64,000 nucleotides of DNA from NCBI RefSeq assembly GCF_022045235.1, contig NW_027266264.1, positions 49,352,001 to 49,416,000 on the forward strand, in the 5' to 3' direction. Origin of the DNA: Haliotis cracherodii. Its lineage: Eukaryota. Numbering within the stretch: position 1 is the first letter of the stretch; each line of letters opens with the position of its first letter. Of this stretch, positions 51,363 through 64,000 are shown one piece after another. The translations under genes and the position numbers were made by a program. The notes below the pieces were generated by a model. The model did not search any database and had not been told where the DNA came from. It worked only from the letters and a program-made list of their open reading frames with translations.

Positions 51363-53141
51363 ATGATTCTCGGCCAGTAGCACAACGTGGATTAGTATGT
51401 GAATGTTGTTTTCCCCACACCTTGACATTGATTCTCAGTAATTCACATCTTTAGACTGCCTGGTATGTCTGGCCTGTTACTTTTGACATTTGTTGTGAAG
51501 GATACTTGTAGGCAAGACAGTTTACCATGGTTTATCAGACCCAGCGATATATAGCGCTGGGGTAATCAGCTCTGCCTGTGTCTCTCACTTCACTGATCTT
51601 ATGTGCATGTTCGATCATTAGGGTTAGATGTGTTAGGGTCACTTAGCCCTTGGATCCCCTTTCTGTTCAACATGATCAAACAAAGCCACAGTCCTTATAG
51701 TTGAGTACCCCTTGCAAATGAAAAACCCACTGGCGATCCTTAAGCTTATGTACCACTTTCTTATCATAAGGCAAGTTAATCCAATGCAATCTGTAGTAAA
51801 AAGTTTCAAGTTTCGCAGGGAAGAAGTAGCTACCGCACAAATGTCCAAATGTAACCAATTGGTTGATCACTCGATAAACAAGCACTAACTTTTTGTGTTA
51901 ATTCCTGTGGTACTGTGTTTATTTCTTGGCTACATAAAATGCTTCAGTCTGGACAGTTTTTAATCCTACCTGCTGAAATTGTTTTAGGCACTGTAAAAAA
52001 GCTTGTTGATGTCAAACATTTGAGGCTACATTAAACACGGTACAGATGAATCGACATTTTCCACATTTAGTTCTGATAGAAAAATACACATTATTTTCAA
52101 AATATATCCTAACATTTTCAAACCTACATGGTTTAAGACTAAAGCAATCACAGTTGTCAGGTTTCTTGAATTATCTTAAATATGTGATTGAATGTGGAAA
52201 TGGTTTCATATGAGGAACTTGTTTAAATTGTCAAATTTGTGGCAGTTAAATTCAATCATCAAATCTCCGATATCTTTGAGTTTGAAATCATATATTTTGT
52301 AATTGTAAATATAAAGATAAGAGACAAATCGCGTCTTAACTCAGTTGAAATATTGCAAACAATCACTAGTGAATCTACAAGGAGTATTAATATACATAAT
52401 ACCGGTAAAACTGAATACATAAATAATTTTAATATTTAAATTCGGGCAGATGGAGCGAAATTTCATGCTGCCCGACAAATGTTACAGCCGCAGACAGGCA
52501 TTTATTGTGAACACTGTTGAAGTATGCGAGACAAAAATGAAAGCATGGCAGTATTATTCCATGTATTCTTGCACTAACAAAATTGAGATCATGCAAGTTT
52601 TTCAATGGTTACTGGAACATGGAACATGGAACATTTTTGCACCTTAATCTTTTCAATAAGAACAGCATCAGCATTAACAGGAGTTCAAATCACAGCAAGG
52701 ACGTTTCTGCTTGAACATGTTGAACACATCAAAATAAAATCTGGTAAATTGTCGTGCTTATTGTTGATTAAGCTTGAGGTTCAAGCAGAGTTTAAAATAT
52801 CAAACCAATATCTGTTTGTAACTCAACATTGCCACGAAACAAATATTCAGTCTGATTTAGTATTGAATATATATATATAAGTTAGAAATAGCATAACCAT
52901 GGAATTAGTTGACTGAAATAAGGTCATATCGCTTTACAAATGAGTTAACCTGGAAATGTGAATGAGGTATCACTGCCCACTTTTAGTAGACAGGACCTAT
53001 AAAATTAGCAAAACCATGAGAGGTGTTACGTCAAGTGTAAGTATTGTCTGTGGTAATGAACTGTGTCCCTTTGAATGTGTGAGTAGGGAGAGGTGTATTT
53101 TGTTGTGGTTTTAAGTGGGCAAATTGAGAATAAGTTTTGTT

Positions 53142-53629
53142 CAATCTCATTAAAATCTGACCTTAGTTCTCGCTACCCCTAAACAAAGATCTGAGGACAT
53201 CCCATTACGGGTCACGACAGACCGACGTTGCACGATCTTTGACTGACCAATAGAATGACCAATCAGAAGCAGCTTTCTCATGCTTTACGGCATTAATTTC
53301 AAATTGGCGACGACGCTTCAAAACATATTTTGACAAATTCTCGATTGCAAATTTGAAACCTAAACAAAAGAACATTGTGGAATGGCTAATAAAGGTTCAA
53401 GATTGTATGGATTCAGTCGTTAAACCTGTAACTATTGTTTGGAATACCCCGTGTTAAAGTTTTCGAGGTTGTATGATTAGAAATCACATTCCGACTGTCA
53501 CTTTCATGATCTGGTAAGCGACGCTCTCATTGGTCGGATGAAAGGTCGTTCTGACGTGACCCCTAATGGGATGTCTTCAGATCTTTGTTTAGCAGTAGCG
53601 AGAACTAAGGTCTGATTTTAATGAGAATG
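53142..53629. mobile_element. Mutator-like MITE, copy 3
   Basis: Same TIRs, body collinear with 8032-8502; TSD agttttgtt. Confidence 0.9.
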
Positions 53630-54394
53630 AGTTTTGTTTGTCTTTGTTATTTTTAAACTTGTGTTGATCCAACTAGGTAGTGTCGAGTCTGCATGTGGTG
53701 TATTCTGTTCAACTTTGTGAAGGTTTGTGTTGTCATAATATTCCACCCAACATGGAACACCAATACTGCTGATGAAGGCGACCACCTTCACGTTAGTGAT
53801 GTGTGAGGCATGTTTTTCTATCTTATTCATCCAACAGCAGGAAAATAATATGTATCTTTTGTTTCAATCCCAGAACAGATCAGAAATTATTGCTTATGTG
53901 AATTTTATATGTGTCTACAATGTTTTTGGCTACATGGGTTCATTGAATACTGGATTGCATGTATGTCACGTTACCATGGTTACTTTCCCTGACTGAAAGT
54001 AAAAAGGTCAAGATGATGGCTTGCTTGTAAGCTGCAGATTAGCAAGAAATAGTTTCACTGTTCATTTGTTTCCAGGTTATAGTAACCATGGTAACGGAGA
54101 AATACTTAATTCTGAGTTTTTAAACATGTCATTGTTGTAACTGTGAGGGTATTCATTTTATTCATTCTTATTAGTCTTGTTGTTATATCTGTTAACTTAA
54201 ATTTATCATGACTATTACAGAACTTGTCAGGGAGTATGTAGCATGTCAGGTTCCTTATAGGACACTCTTACTGTCATACAGTGAGTAGCTTTCCCTTAGC
54301 AACTCTAGAAACTGTATGATCATGCCTGTTTGTCATGAGTGGAATAGGTCCCCAGAACCTCCTTAGATCCCATATGGATGAGAATCCAGTGATT

Positions 54395-54600
54395 ATGTTG
54401 TTTGTTGTTAACGCCGCACTCAGCAATATTCCAGGTATAGGATGGCGGTCTGTAAATAATCAAGTCTGGACCAGACAATCCAATGTTTGACATCACGATC
54501 ATTGATCCATGCAGTTTGGATACCATGACATGCATCAACCCAATCCCGTTAGTTGCTGAGGATTGCTGAGGACCTATTCTACCCAGGATCTTCACAGGTC
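54395..54600 (-). mobile_element. SINE family A, internally deleted copy
   Basis: Tail and head present, middle missing. Confidence 0.75.
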
Positions 54601-55576
54601 CCGTGGTAATGTGATCTTGTGAATTACGTGTCATGTTACATGTTGTAAACACGGATTGGTCTGTTGACTGTTTGTCAGGTCAAATCTGTTTTGACTGATG
54701 CATGGTGTTGCTGATTATAGGGAAGGTCCACTTTGGCTCCCCTTCTACAAACAGTGTGCACAAACTGAAAACAAGACATCGTTGTCAGCATGTGGGCATT
54801 GTGGTAGGAAGCCTGTTTGAGTGTAGATTCGTGCACTGGGCCAAACATGGTATGCTTTGTATCAGGGAGAAGTACTTCAGTATATATTGTATGATACTGT
54901 AGTGTATTTAATAGTTCTTGTATTGAAATAACTAATTTGTACATGGAAACCATTGGTCAATGTAGATTATGGGAGATATCAGAAAAAAAAGTATCTACTG
55001 GGCAGAAATTGGGAGATTTAACTTGGCAAGCCAAGATGAAAATACACTTCTCAAGTTAAAGAACACCCACAATTGGAAGGCTGTGGGTTGCACTACGCAC
55101 CAGCCATTACAGATTAACTATGCCCTGAAAATATCAGGTGTTCTATAACTTTGGAGTAGTATATATATATATATATTGCCCATATGGTTACAAATAACAA
55201 AAAGTTTATAAACATCGTATGTGCACTCGTGCAAGTAGCGCTTCAAGTGCATCGGTGTATTGTTTCCAACATCTGGACGGCATAGTTGACATCTTTCAAA
55301 GCTTTTGTGATGTTAGGTTTGAATGACATCACACTAGAAATGTCTTAGCTGAAGATTGTGGACGTCATTCCACAATTGTGGTTTTCTATGGCGGCGGTCA
55401 TGATCAGTGCACTTTTCTAAAGGGGAGCTCAAAAGGATTAAGAAATTGGTAACAGAGAGACTATTAAACAAGCATGTGTGTCATACGAAACTTGTGTAAG
55501 AATTCATGTATTACTCTCACTCTGGACTGACACTCATTTTGAAAAATCAGTCTCCATATATGTTCATAATGATGAG

Positions 55577-55838
55577 GGGGGCATGGGTGGCCCAGTTATC
55601 TAAGGTGTTGCGATTCACTGTGCGGACCTATGCACCTATGATTGTGGTTTCGAATCCCAGTTTGCCCCGATTATGTTTCTAGGTTTGTCAGCACCATACC
55701 TGTGCTCATGGGTTTCACCGAAGTGGTAAACGTCCGAGACCTGCATCACTTTAGGCTTTCCTCCCACATTAAGCTGACATGCCGTAATATAACTGGAATA
55801 CTGTTAAAAGCGGTATTAAACCCAAATGGCTCACTCAT
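55577..55838 (+). mobile_element. SINE family B copy with shortened head insert
   Basis: Collinear with 39427-39706. Confidence 0.85.
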
Positions 55839-56377
55839 AATGATGTTTTGATATGATTGAGTTGGATAGTTTCCACCTTTGATGTCAACTCCGTGTGTTG
55901 ACTCTTTGTGAAAGACACTTTACCTGTTACAACATGATCTCATTCTGCAAGGGATGGTGTGTAATGCATTCACTGCAGATGAAGCTACTGCGCTGGAGGA
56001 ACAACTGGGAACATCACTGCAAACACTAAGGAAATCCCATCTGTTGTGATATGAACGCTAATAAATCTGCTCACTTTTCTATGCTAACCTGAGAATTTTG
56101 TAACATGGCTGTGCAGGACTATATTTTCACACATTGCATTCAGGGGAGAGTTGCTACAATCACTTGCTGTGGAGGCTGATTCCAAGTCATGCATTAAAAC
56201 AATTTCCAAGACATAATGTTAACAAGAAACACAAACAGTGAAAAGCAATTTTATCTTGGTTATGAACTGTCCCTTATTAAATTTTGAGATTTTTCAGGTG
56301 TATATTTTCATATGTTTTGTATCATTAAAAAATCTCAAAATGCAAGATGGGCTTGGTCTTTATTTCTCTTGTCTCAA

Positions 56378-56646
56378 GACCAGTGAAGATTCCGGGGTAG
56401 AATAGGTCTTCAGCAACCCATACTTGCCGTAAAAGGCGACTATGCTTGTCGTAAAAGGCGACTAACGGGATCTGGTGGTCAGGCTCGCTGACTTGGTTGA
56501 TACATGTCATCGATCCCAATTACGTGGATTGATGCTCATGCTGTCAATCACTGGATTGTCTTGTCGAGACTCGATTATTTACAGACTGCCATCATATAGC
56601 TGGAATACTGCTGAGTGCGGGGTTAAACAACAAACCAACCAACCAA
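56378..56646 (+). mobile_element. SINE family A, full-length copy
   Basis: 12-bp TSD ctcttgtctcaa; collinear with 38929-39195. Confidence 0.92.
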
Positions 56647-57329
56647 CTCTTGTCTCAACAGCCTCCGAGTGCAGAAGTCGCCATACACTGTATTCACACC
56701 TGGAAACATCAACCCTTCCTTCAAGCGCAAGGATCCAGGGTGTTTTTTCTCCTTTCTATTATGATCAATACCCTGGGCCCCATTTCGCAAAGCGATCGTA
56801 ACGCTACGACTACAGTAACTCCTATATTTAAACCTACCGGTAGACTCTTCTGATTGAGTTTGGCTGTGAAGAAGCATTTTACTGAGAATATATACTTTTA
56901 GACTAACATCTAGTTTCTGAAATGAACATATTTTACAGATAAAAACAGTTTATGATTATCATAGCTATATAGTAAAAAGGAGCTCAGAGACTCTTCATTT
57001 CTCTGTACATATTCCAAATTTTCATGTATCCTAAATATCGACATATTATGACACTGATCCCATTTTTATAAATGTGTAAGATACCACCAATTATTGCTGA
57101 AACTGAGGTTCACGAGCATCATTGGATTGTTGCTTGTACTGAATCATATAATATGCAAAAATCAAAGCAACTGAAGTAGTCCAATAACCTCTGCTTTAGA
57201 AAGGTTGTCGGGTAAACAATGTCAGTTTCTGTACAAGTCTTCAGCAACCCATGCTTGCCGTAAAAGGCGACTATGCTTGTCGTAAGAGGCGACTAGCGGG
57301 ATCGAGTGGTCGGACTCGCTGACTTGGTT

Positions 57330-58182
57330 GATGCATGCCATGATAATACAATTACTGAAGTAATGGCAAGCCATGATAATGCAATTACTGAAGTAATGGC
57401 AAGCCATGATAATGCAATTACTGAAGCAATGGCAAGTCATGATAATGCAATTACTGAAGCAATGGCAAGTCATGATAATGCAATTACTGAAGCAATATCA
57501 AGCCATGATAATGCAATTACTGAAGCAATGGCAAGTCATGATAATGCAATTACTGAAGCAATATCAAGTCATGATAATGCAATTACTGAAGTAATGGCAA
57601 GTCATGATAATACAATTACTGAAGTAATGGCAAGTCATGATAATACATTACTGAAGTAATGGCAAGTCATGATAATACAATTACTGAAGTAATGGCAAGC
57701 CATGATAATACAATTACTGAAGTAATGGCAAGTCATGATAATGCAATTACTGAAGTAATGGCAAGTCATGATAATACAATTACTGAAGTAATGGCAAGCC
57801 ATGATAATACAATTACTGAAGTAATGGCAAGCCATGATAATGCAATTACTGAAGCAATGGCAAGTCATGATAATACTATCACTGAAGTAATGGCAAGTCA
57901 TGATAATACTATCACTGAAGTAATGGCAAGTCATGATAATACACATACTGAAGTAATGGCAAGTCATGATAATGCAATTACTGACGTAATGGCAAGTCAT
58001 GATAATACATTACTGAAGTAATGACAAGTCATGATAATACAATTACTGAAGTAATGGCAAGTCATGATAATACAATTACTGAAGTTATGACAAGTCACGA
58101 TAATCCAAATACTGAAGTAATGGCAAGCCATGATAATGCAATTACTGAAGTAATGGCAAGTTGTGATAATCCAATTACTGAA
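57330..58182. repeat. 33-bp minisatellite (GCAAGTCATGATAATGCAATTACTGAAGTAATG), ~25 units, fused to a SINE A fragment (57235-57340)
   Basis: Direct reading; occasional 32-bp units shift the frame. Confidence 0.95.
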
Positions 58183-58407
58183 TTAGTAAAAATAAGCCCA
58201 ATAACTGGTAACTTGATATTTGGTATATATATTTGTTATCGTTCCCAAAAAAATTCAATGGTATCTTTGACATGTATTAATAGTTTATTGAACAAATTAT
58301 TGAAATAACAATAATAAAATAGGTTACAGATAAACTGGATAAAATGATAATATTCATCACTTAAAATCTGAATAAAAATAAATAACATCTTAAAGACATG
58401 TAAAGGA

Positions 58408-60634
58408 TCACACAACTCGACTTTGTGTAGGATTATGTATCTGGCTGTCTATCCTCTCCAACACATGGTCTATATTCAGGCTTGAGTTACCTTGGGTACA
58501 GGGGTAACCCATAAGTAGGTCAAATGACATGAACAACTTGGAAGGCCCGCGGAACATCCCATCTTTCTGTTCCAGAAGGTCCACCACAGTGATGCTGTCC
58601 TCCCCCGGGAACTTGGGTCTGTGCATCGGTATTGTCCTCAGCTTCTTCGCGGACAGAGATTCTAAAGGATCTTGTCCGAAAGTCTCCCTCACCTGGGATT
58701 CCTGTAACAGGAAAAAGATTTCGACAAATGGCGACTAGATGACGGGGCAGTCATGTTTCACGCAAGAACAGGACCATCTTTTCATTCAATAACCTCTTAG
58801 CGGAGGCTTGCAAAAAGTAACCATGGAGTCAGTGAATTTTTGTCATTGAATATATCTAATGACTAACCACAGGTCCGGGTAGTCCAATGGTACCCAAGTA
58901 CCCCAGTTACCTGTCCCAGCCCTACTGTCTGCAGAATATCCCTTGGACTGAGGGACTTTCGACATAATATACCTCTGTCCCGGGATATTCTATAGAAAGA
59001 CCCACTGGCACAGAAATATTCTATTGAAAGTCCCACTATCCTCATTAGACATATATTTTATCTACACATCACACAGTACAATGCTAACTTAAAGAAATGT
59101 GCAGAATGATGCAAAATCAAACAATAAATGTGACCAACACTGAGATAAGGAACCTTATGGGTGAAAAAATCACATTTTGCCTTTTTATTAATCTTCAAAC
59201 AAGAGTATCCTAGGAGCACAAAAATAATATTCATGAGCTTCAATTCATATATTACATAGATACATATGCATCAAACATTTGGACTCATTTTCTCAAAAGT
59301 CCTATTTTCAGAATAATAATTGTTTATGTAATGATTGTAGTTTTTAGATATAATGTCTGATTTATTGACATCTATGCTGAAATGTTTTGAAATAATGTTT
59401 TTATAACATTACGAACTAACAAGAAAAAAAAAAGGACATTTTTGTACAGTCCACACGGAAGTAAGTTAATTGATGCAAAACATCTTTTATTATGAGCACA
59501 ATTGTATCCTAGCACCCATTAGGTCCCTTTTCCCCCTAGTGGGTCACAAATGTTGCTAACATATTTCAGTGGGACTGAACTTCCAAACATTGTATTTGTA
59601 GCCTAGTGAGTGAATCACTTATGCCATATTGTGTTCCCTCTACAGGGCTCTAGATGATGTTTTAACCATCAAGCATTTATCATGTTATTCACATAGGTTA
59701 GTGATAGTTTTCTTTGAGTATTCAGTGTTTCCACTTCCTTGGGTCCAGCCCATCGGGCATTCTTTAACCAATGAGTAGACCTTTCTGAAAAATATTTCTA
59801 CTTATAATGCTGTTTCAGGTGATTTCTAATTTGCAAATGTTCATAAGTGCCACATGTCTCGTATATAAACCCACAACAGCGATATATATGTATAAGTTAC
59901 AACATGCGAGACCTAGTGCTTTTGTGCATTATTCACTGCAGTGCAGTTGATGTGGATCCACCAGTCCAAGACCTTGCCCAGAGTAATTAGTTGTATAAGG
60001 ATACCTGCAATGTATGACAGAACTGCCTTATGACATCCGACACATGGAGCCAGTACAGGGGATGAAAGTGCACTCTTTTCAGCATTATCTCCCTTGTTTT
60101 TGTACACACTGCTAAAAAGTCACACCAGGGGGCACCAACCACTGCCATCTGACCCTGAATCTGGGCCATATATTGCCTGGGTATACCCAAGTCCAAATTG
60201 TTTCCAGAGTACATCTTATGCACAGGGGCTTTAAACTCTGTAAGTCCAATAATATTCTCAGGACAATCTCTATCAACGACCACACCATCTGGGGAAGCAC
60301 CGATCAGAGTTTTCAAAGGGCTGTCTTTGTTTGGAACCCAGAATCCTGAATCCCTTACACTGTTCCCCGTCAACATTTCATAAGCTTCTTTTATAATGAT
60401 TTCCGTGTCTATGCCATGTTGTAGATGGGACAACAGATTGCCATCCAGCTCGAATATTGAATCTTCTGAAATGAGAGACAGGAAGAAGTCATATGGCTTC
60501 CCTCTTCCAACTCCAATGGCATCTCCAAATTGTGATGCTGTGATCAGTGTGTTTCTACGCAGTGAAAACCATTCCAGTGACCTCTGTTGAACTTTGTGTT
60601 CAATCCCAGTGCAAGTTGATGACTGGCCATGCAT
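58408..60634 (-). CDS. YqaJ-like viral recombinase / lambda-exonuclease family PD-(D/E)xK nuclease, 2 coding exons (60634-60005, 58701-58408), 307 aa
   Basis: Motifs QRSLEWFSLR..ITASQF, HGIDTE, GASPDG, EFKAP, YMAQIQGQM, WCDF. Phase-0 intron cag|gtatcc ... ttacag|gaa. Acceptor at 60665 and a probable non-coding first exon ending near 61493. AATAAA on the - strand near 58284. Confidence 0.88.
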
Positions 60635-60862
60635 CGTGTTGACAGCTGGATTAACTCTTGCCACCTGTGGGAGAATGGTTAAACATCAATTTCTGACACA
60701 GAAATACTCAGGAATCGATGAATTATCCTAATCAGTTACAACTTTCAGACAAAAGAAAACAAATGTGAGGTTTTGACCAATAGGTTTCCATACCTATAAA
60801 TTCATGATATACATGAAATTTACTGACATTGTTCTATTAACTGCTATATACTTCCTAACTCA

Positions 60863-61037
60863 GGGGCGGTCAGGTAGCCTGGTGGTTAAAGCATTTGCTT
60901 GTCATGCCAAAGACCCAGGTTTGATTCCCAACATGGGTACAATGTGTGAAGCCCATTTCTGGTGTCCCCCACCATGATATTGCTGGAATAATGCTAAAAG
61001 CAGCTAGTGTAAAACCATACTTACTCCTGCACTCACT
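60863..61037 (+). mobile_element. SINE family C: short tRNA(Asp)-like head plus shared tail (other copies ~14905-15030, 22858-23024, 31077-31170, 36587-36720, and 36773-36900 on -)
   Basis: gtagcctggtggttaaagc...gtcatgccaaagacccaggtttgattccc, then atgggtacaatgtgtgaagcccat...gatattgctggaata...cactcactc. Confidence 0.8.
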
Positions 61038-61854
61038 CATCATGCTCATAAGCACTCTGAATACCAACTATATTCCGGTAATTTAAGTAACTCATTGTTC
61101 CGACTTTATGAACTTGTTGTAACTACCTTATTCACGTTTTCACGACTTTAACAACTCGTAATGAAGACTTTCATTGGAAAAAATAAAATAGTTGTGCGGT
61201 TTTGACCCCAATAGGCTTCCGTACTTTATTAAAATACGACTTTAGAACTCGTAATAACGACTTTAATTTTCGTAATAACGACTCTAAAGAACCTGTAATA
61301 TAACTTCATTCTAGTAATTACAAGTTTAAAAGGTTTTAGCTACGGTTTGAACCCCTATAGTTACAGACTACTCAGAAGTTAGTCACAGACTCACACCAGA
61401 GACCGTATTATATGGTCTCTGGTCTCACAGATGCCAGTTTCAGGTACATACTAACACATATAAAGCAACTGCATGTATTTTCCAATTCATACCTATAAGC
61501 TGTTGTCACATATGGTACCGTCTACACGTCTGGTAAACAGCTAGCTGACTTAGTTTGAATCAGGCTCTATTTTGCGCCATTACGTATTTCCGGATTCCTT
61601 CCAGGGGAGACAATTCTCTCTATATATTGTCCAACGATAGCCTCCGTACCACTAAGGAATGCGACTCATTAATTGAAATGTACGCCCTATAACGAACAGT
61701 TGGGTTGAATTTTAAACTGTTTTTTTTATCTTAAAATACTGTAACATATAACATAACGCCATTAACGACACATATTCCAAATAAAAAAGAACATTACATG
61801 ATAACAAAACATTCAATTTGTAAAACAGCGTACGTCTTCAATACGGGTTATTAG

Positions 61855-62635
61855 ACTCGTGAAGATCCTGGATAGAATAGGTCTTCAAGCGTGGATCGAT
61901 GTTCATGATGTCAATCACTGGATTGTCTGGTCAAGGCGCGATTATTTACAGACCGCCGTCATATAGCTGGAATATTGCTTAGTGCGGCGTTAAACAACAA
62001 ACAAACAAACAAGCTATTACGGGTTATACAGTCCACAATCCCCAGGGTCCATATGGCCACACCTAAAAGTCAAACGGTCACAAACCAAAACAGGGGGTGT
62101 TTTTAATAGAAAAGAATACATTTGGTATGTTTTAAATCTCTGAATACATGTATATAGAACAAACAACTAGAAACTAAAACTATTTATGCTGTATTTTTAT
62201 GCTTATTCACGTGTCCTTTTTCACTTTGGTGGGTCCGTTTTGTCTTGGATTTGTGGCCCTTTTAACCTTTTGGTCTGTTCCCTTTATTATGATGATATAT
62301 TTTAAACTCTACAACCTTTGGATATATTAACAATGGAGGCATGGATAGAAAATAGAAAATATGCTCAGTAATTCATGCTGAGAAAAGCAGTTGTGATCTC
62401 GGATAAACTGTTTTGGCCATGTAGAACGAAACGTCATTTTACGTCGTAAGAGGCGACTAACGGGATTGGGTGGTCAGGCTCGCTGACTTGGCTGACGCAT
62501 GACATCGTATCCCAATTGCGTAGATCGATGCTCATGATGTCAATCACTGGATTATCTTGTCAAGACGCGATTTTTATACAGACCGACGTCATATAGCTGG
62601 AATATTGCTGACTGTGGCGTTAAACAACAAACAAA
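61855..62635 (+). mobile_element. Two SINE family A copies (61855-62012 internally deleted; 62443-62635 5'-truncated)
   Basis: Matches to family body and tail. Confidence 0.8.
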
Positions 62636-63822
62636 TATAATTGCTAAGGATGTAATTTAGATGACGACAATGGGTGACGTCTACATTCTCTTACCAAATA
62701 AGTATATTTACAATGTAAAATAATCTATAAGACAAGGGAAATTACGGATAAAATGCATCTGATGGAGAAATGATACAGTTAACAAGTTAGGTAGAAAAGT
62801 GGCGGCCATATTGGCGGCCATCTTGGATTTCAGGGTGACCGCAGTGAAAAAAAATATTCTTTCTCATCACATAATCTATCAATCTAAATAGGTAAACTTA
62901 GTTTGTAAAGCGGGTACAATGGGAGTGTCAAATATGAGAAACAGACCTTTGCTTATACATGCACATGACGCCTAGCTCTCAGATGGGTTGCTTAGAGTCG
63001 GTTTAAACGGTAGATGTTGAAATTCGCCTTCCTGTTATTGTACGGAATTCTCTATTGATTACAGGGGCAGATTTGATCTATTGCGTAGTGCAATTTATGT
63101 AATGAGAAGATATTGTCTATGTGTCGTTTTAGGCCTGCCTGTCTCATAGCAACCCCGACCGTTTGACAGTACTTGTCCCACAGTCGAAAAATTACATTTT
63201 TTTATTTGCCAACATTCAGGCAACTAGGATCTATCGCACCTACAATTCGCCATTTTGTCTGTTCATTTTCATTTAGATACTGTCTCTGGGGCATTTTTCA
63301 GCGTGTTCTTAGCACAATTTCGTTAATGATTTTGAGTTTCCCTATATGTTGGCTTCCTATATGCACGTGCATCACGTACTGTTCATGCATGGTTTGAAAT
63401 TTCACTGTGATGAACTGTTGCGTTCAGATGCAACGCCACGTTAATGTAAATGTACACCTCAACGCATGCTTGGACATCACACAACCTTGTTTCGTAACTA
63501 CGTTTCTGAAACGTTGGTGCGACGTCATATAGTTTGCTTCACGATAGTTGTATAGGTAGAGAAGTGTTTCATCAAACCCAACTTGATTTCGTCAGCAAGC
63601 CAAGCCAGTTATGCATTACTTTCCTATAATGTTCGGCATTAGACTAGCACAGCTAGGCTACAGAAGACCTACCCTGACTCGGAATTGTGCACTACACTAC
63701 CCAACCATGCCCTATACAAAACGAATCCCAGACAAACATTTTCTGGGACCATAAACATAGATTATTTGTTCGTTGACCAAAGTGAGATGCATTGTTTATG
63801 GATAGACATTTAGGGTTCACGC

Positions 63823-64000
63823 AGCCACTCAAACGCCCTCTCACCCCACCGCTACAGCGCCGCCACTCACACGCCCTCTCACCCCACCACTCCACCGCCG
63901 CCACTCACACGCCCTCTCACCCCACCGCTACAGCGCCGCCACTCACACGCCCTCTCACCCCACCGCTACAGCGCCGCCACTCACACGCCCTCTCACCCCA
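63823..64000. repeat. 38-bp C-rich minisatellite running off the window end
   Basis: gccactcacacgccctctcaccccaccgctacagcgcc, ~4.7 units. Confidence 0.92.

Noticed and set aside
57222-58308. ORFs with MASHDNAITEV / MTCHYFSNCII repeats
   Set aside because: Translations of a 33-bp minisatellite broken by 32-bp units; starts within a SINE.

Overview
AT-rich, intron-containing animal DNA. The SINE repertoire suggests a gastropod mollusc such as abalone (inference from recalled repeat families, not verified). Five spliced host genes can be assembled by eye with consistent GT-AG phases: (1) the 3' end of a bacterial-type expansin (EXLX/YoaJ-like D2 domain; exons 632-798 and 2021-2091, +); (2) a complete 10-exon DEG/ENaC channel (6833-20696, +, 694 aa) that lacks the HG motif and carries a mucin-like insertion ending in RKRR; (3) a giant exon of a probably secreted Q/G/S/T-rich protein with about 21 20-aa repeats (27681-30383, -); (4) PHAX (46864-51362, +, 501 aa); (5) a stand-alone YqaJ/lambda-exonuclease-family nuclease with an intact active site (60634-58408, -, 307 aa). 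The rest is repeats: three SINE families sharing one 3' tail, Penelope-like, RTE-X-like and mariner remnants, MITEs and several satellites. One of the SINE families has no tRNA head and instead starts at an invariant G with a predicted pseudoknotted RNA fold. There is no CRISPR array, rRNA or real tRNA. The best candidates for something new are the pseudoknot-headed SINE (possible ribozyme or internal promoter), the intron-containing expansin, the TxT-repeat secreted protein, the host YqaJ nuclease and the atypical DEG/ENaC channel.
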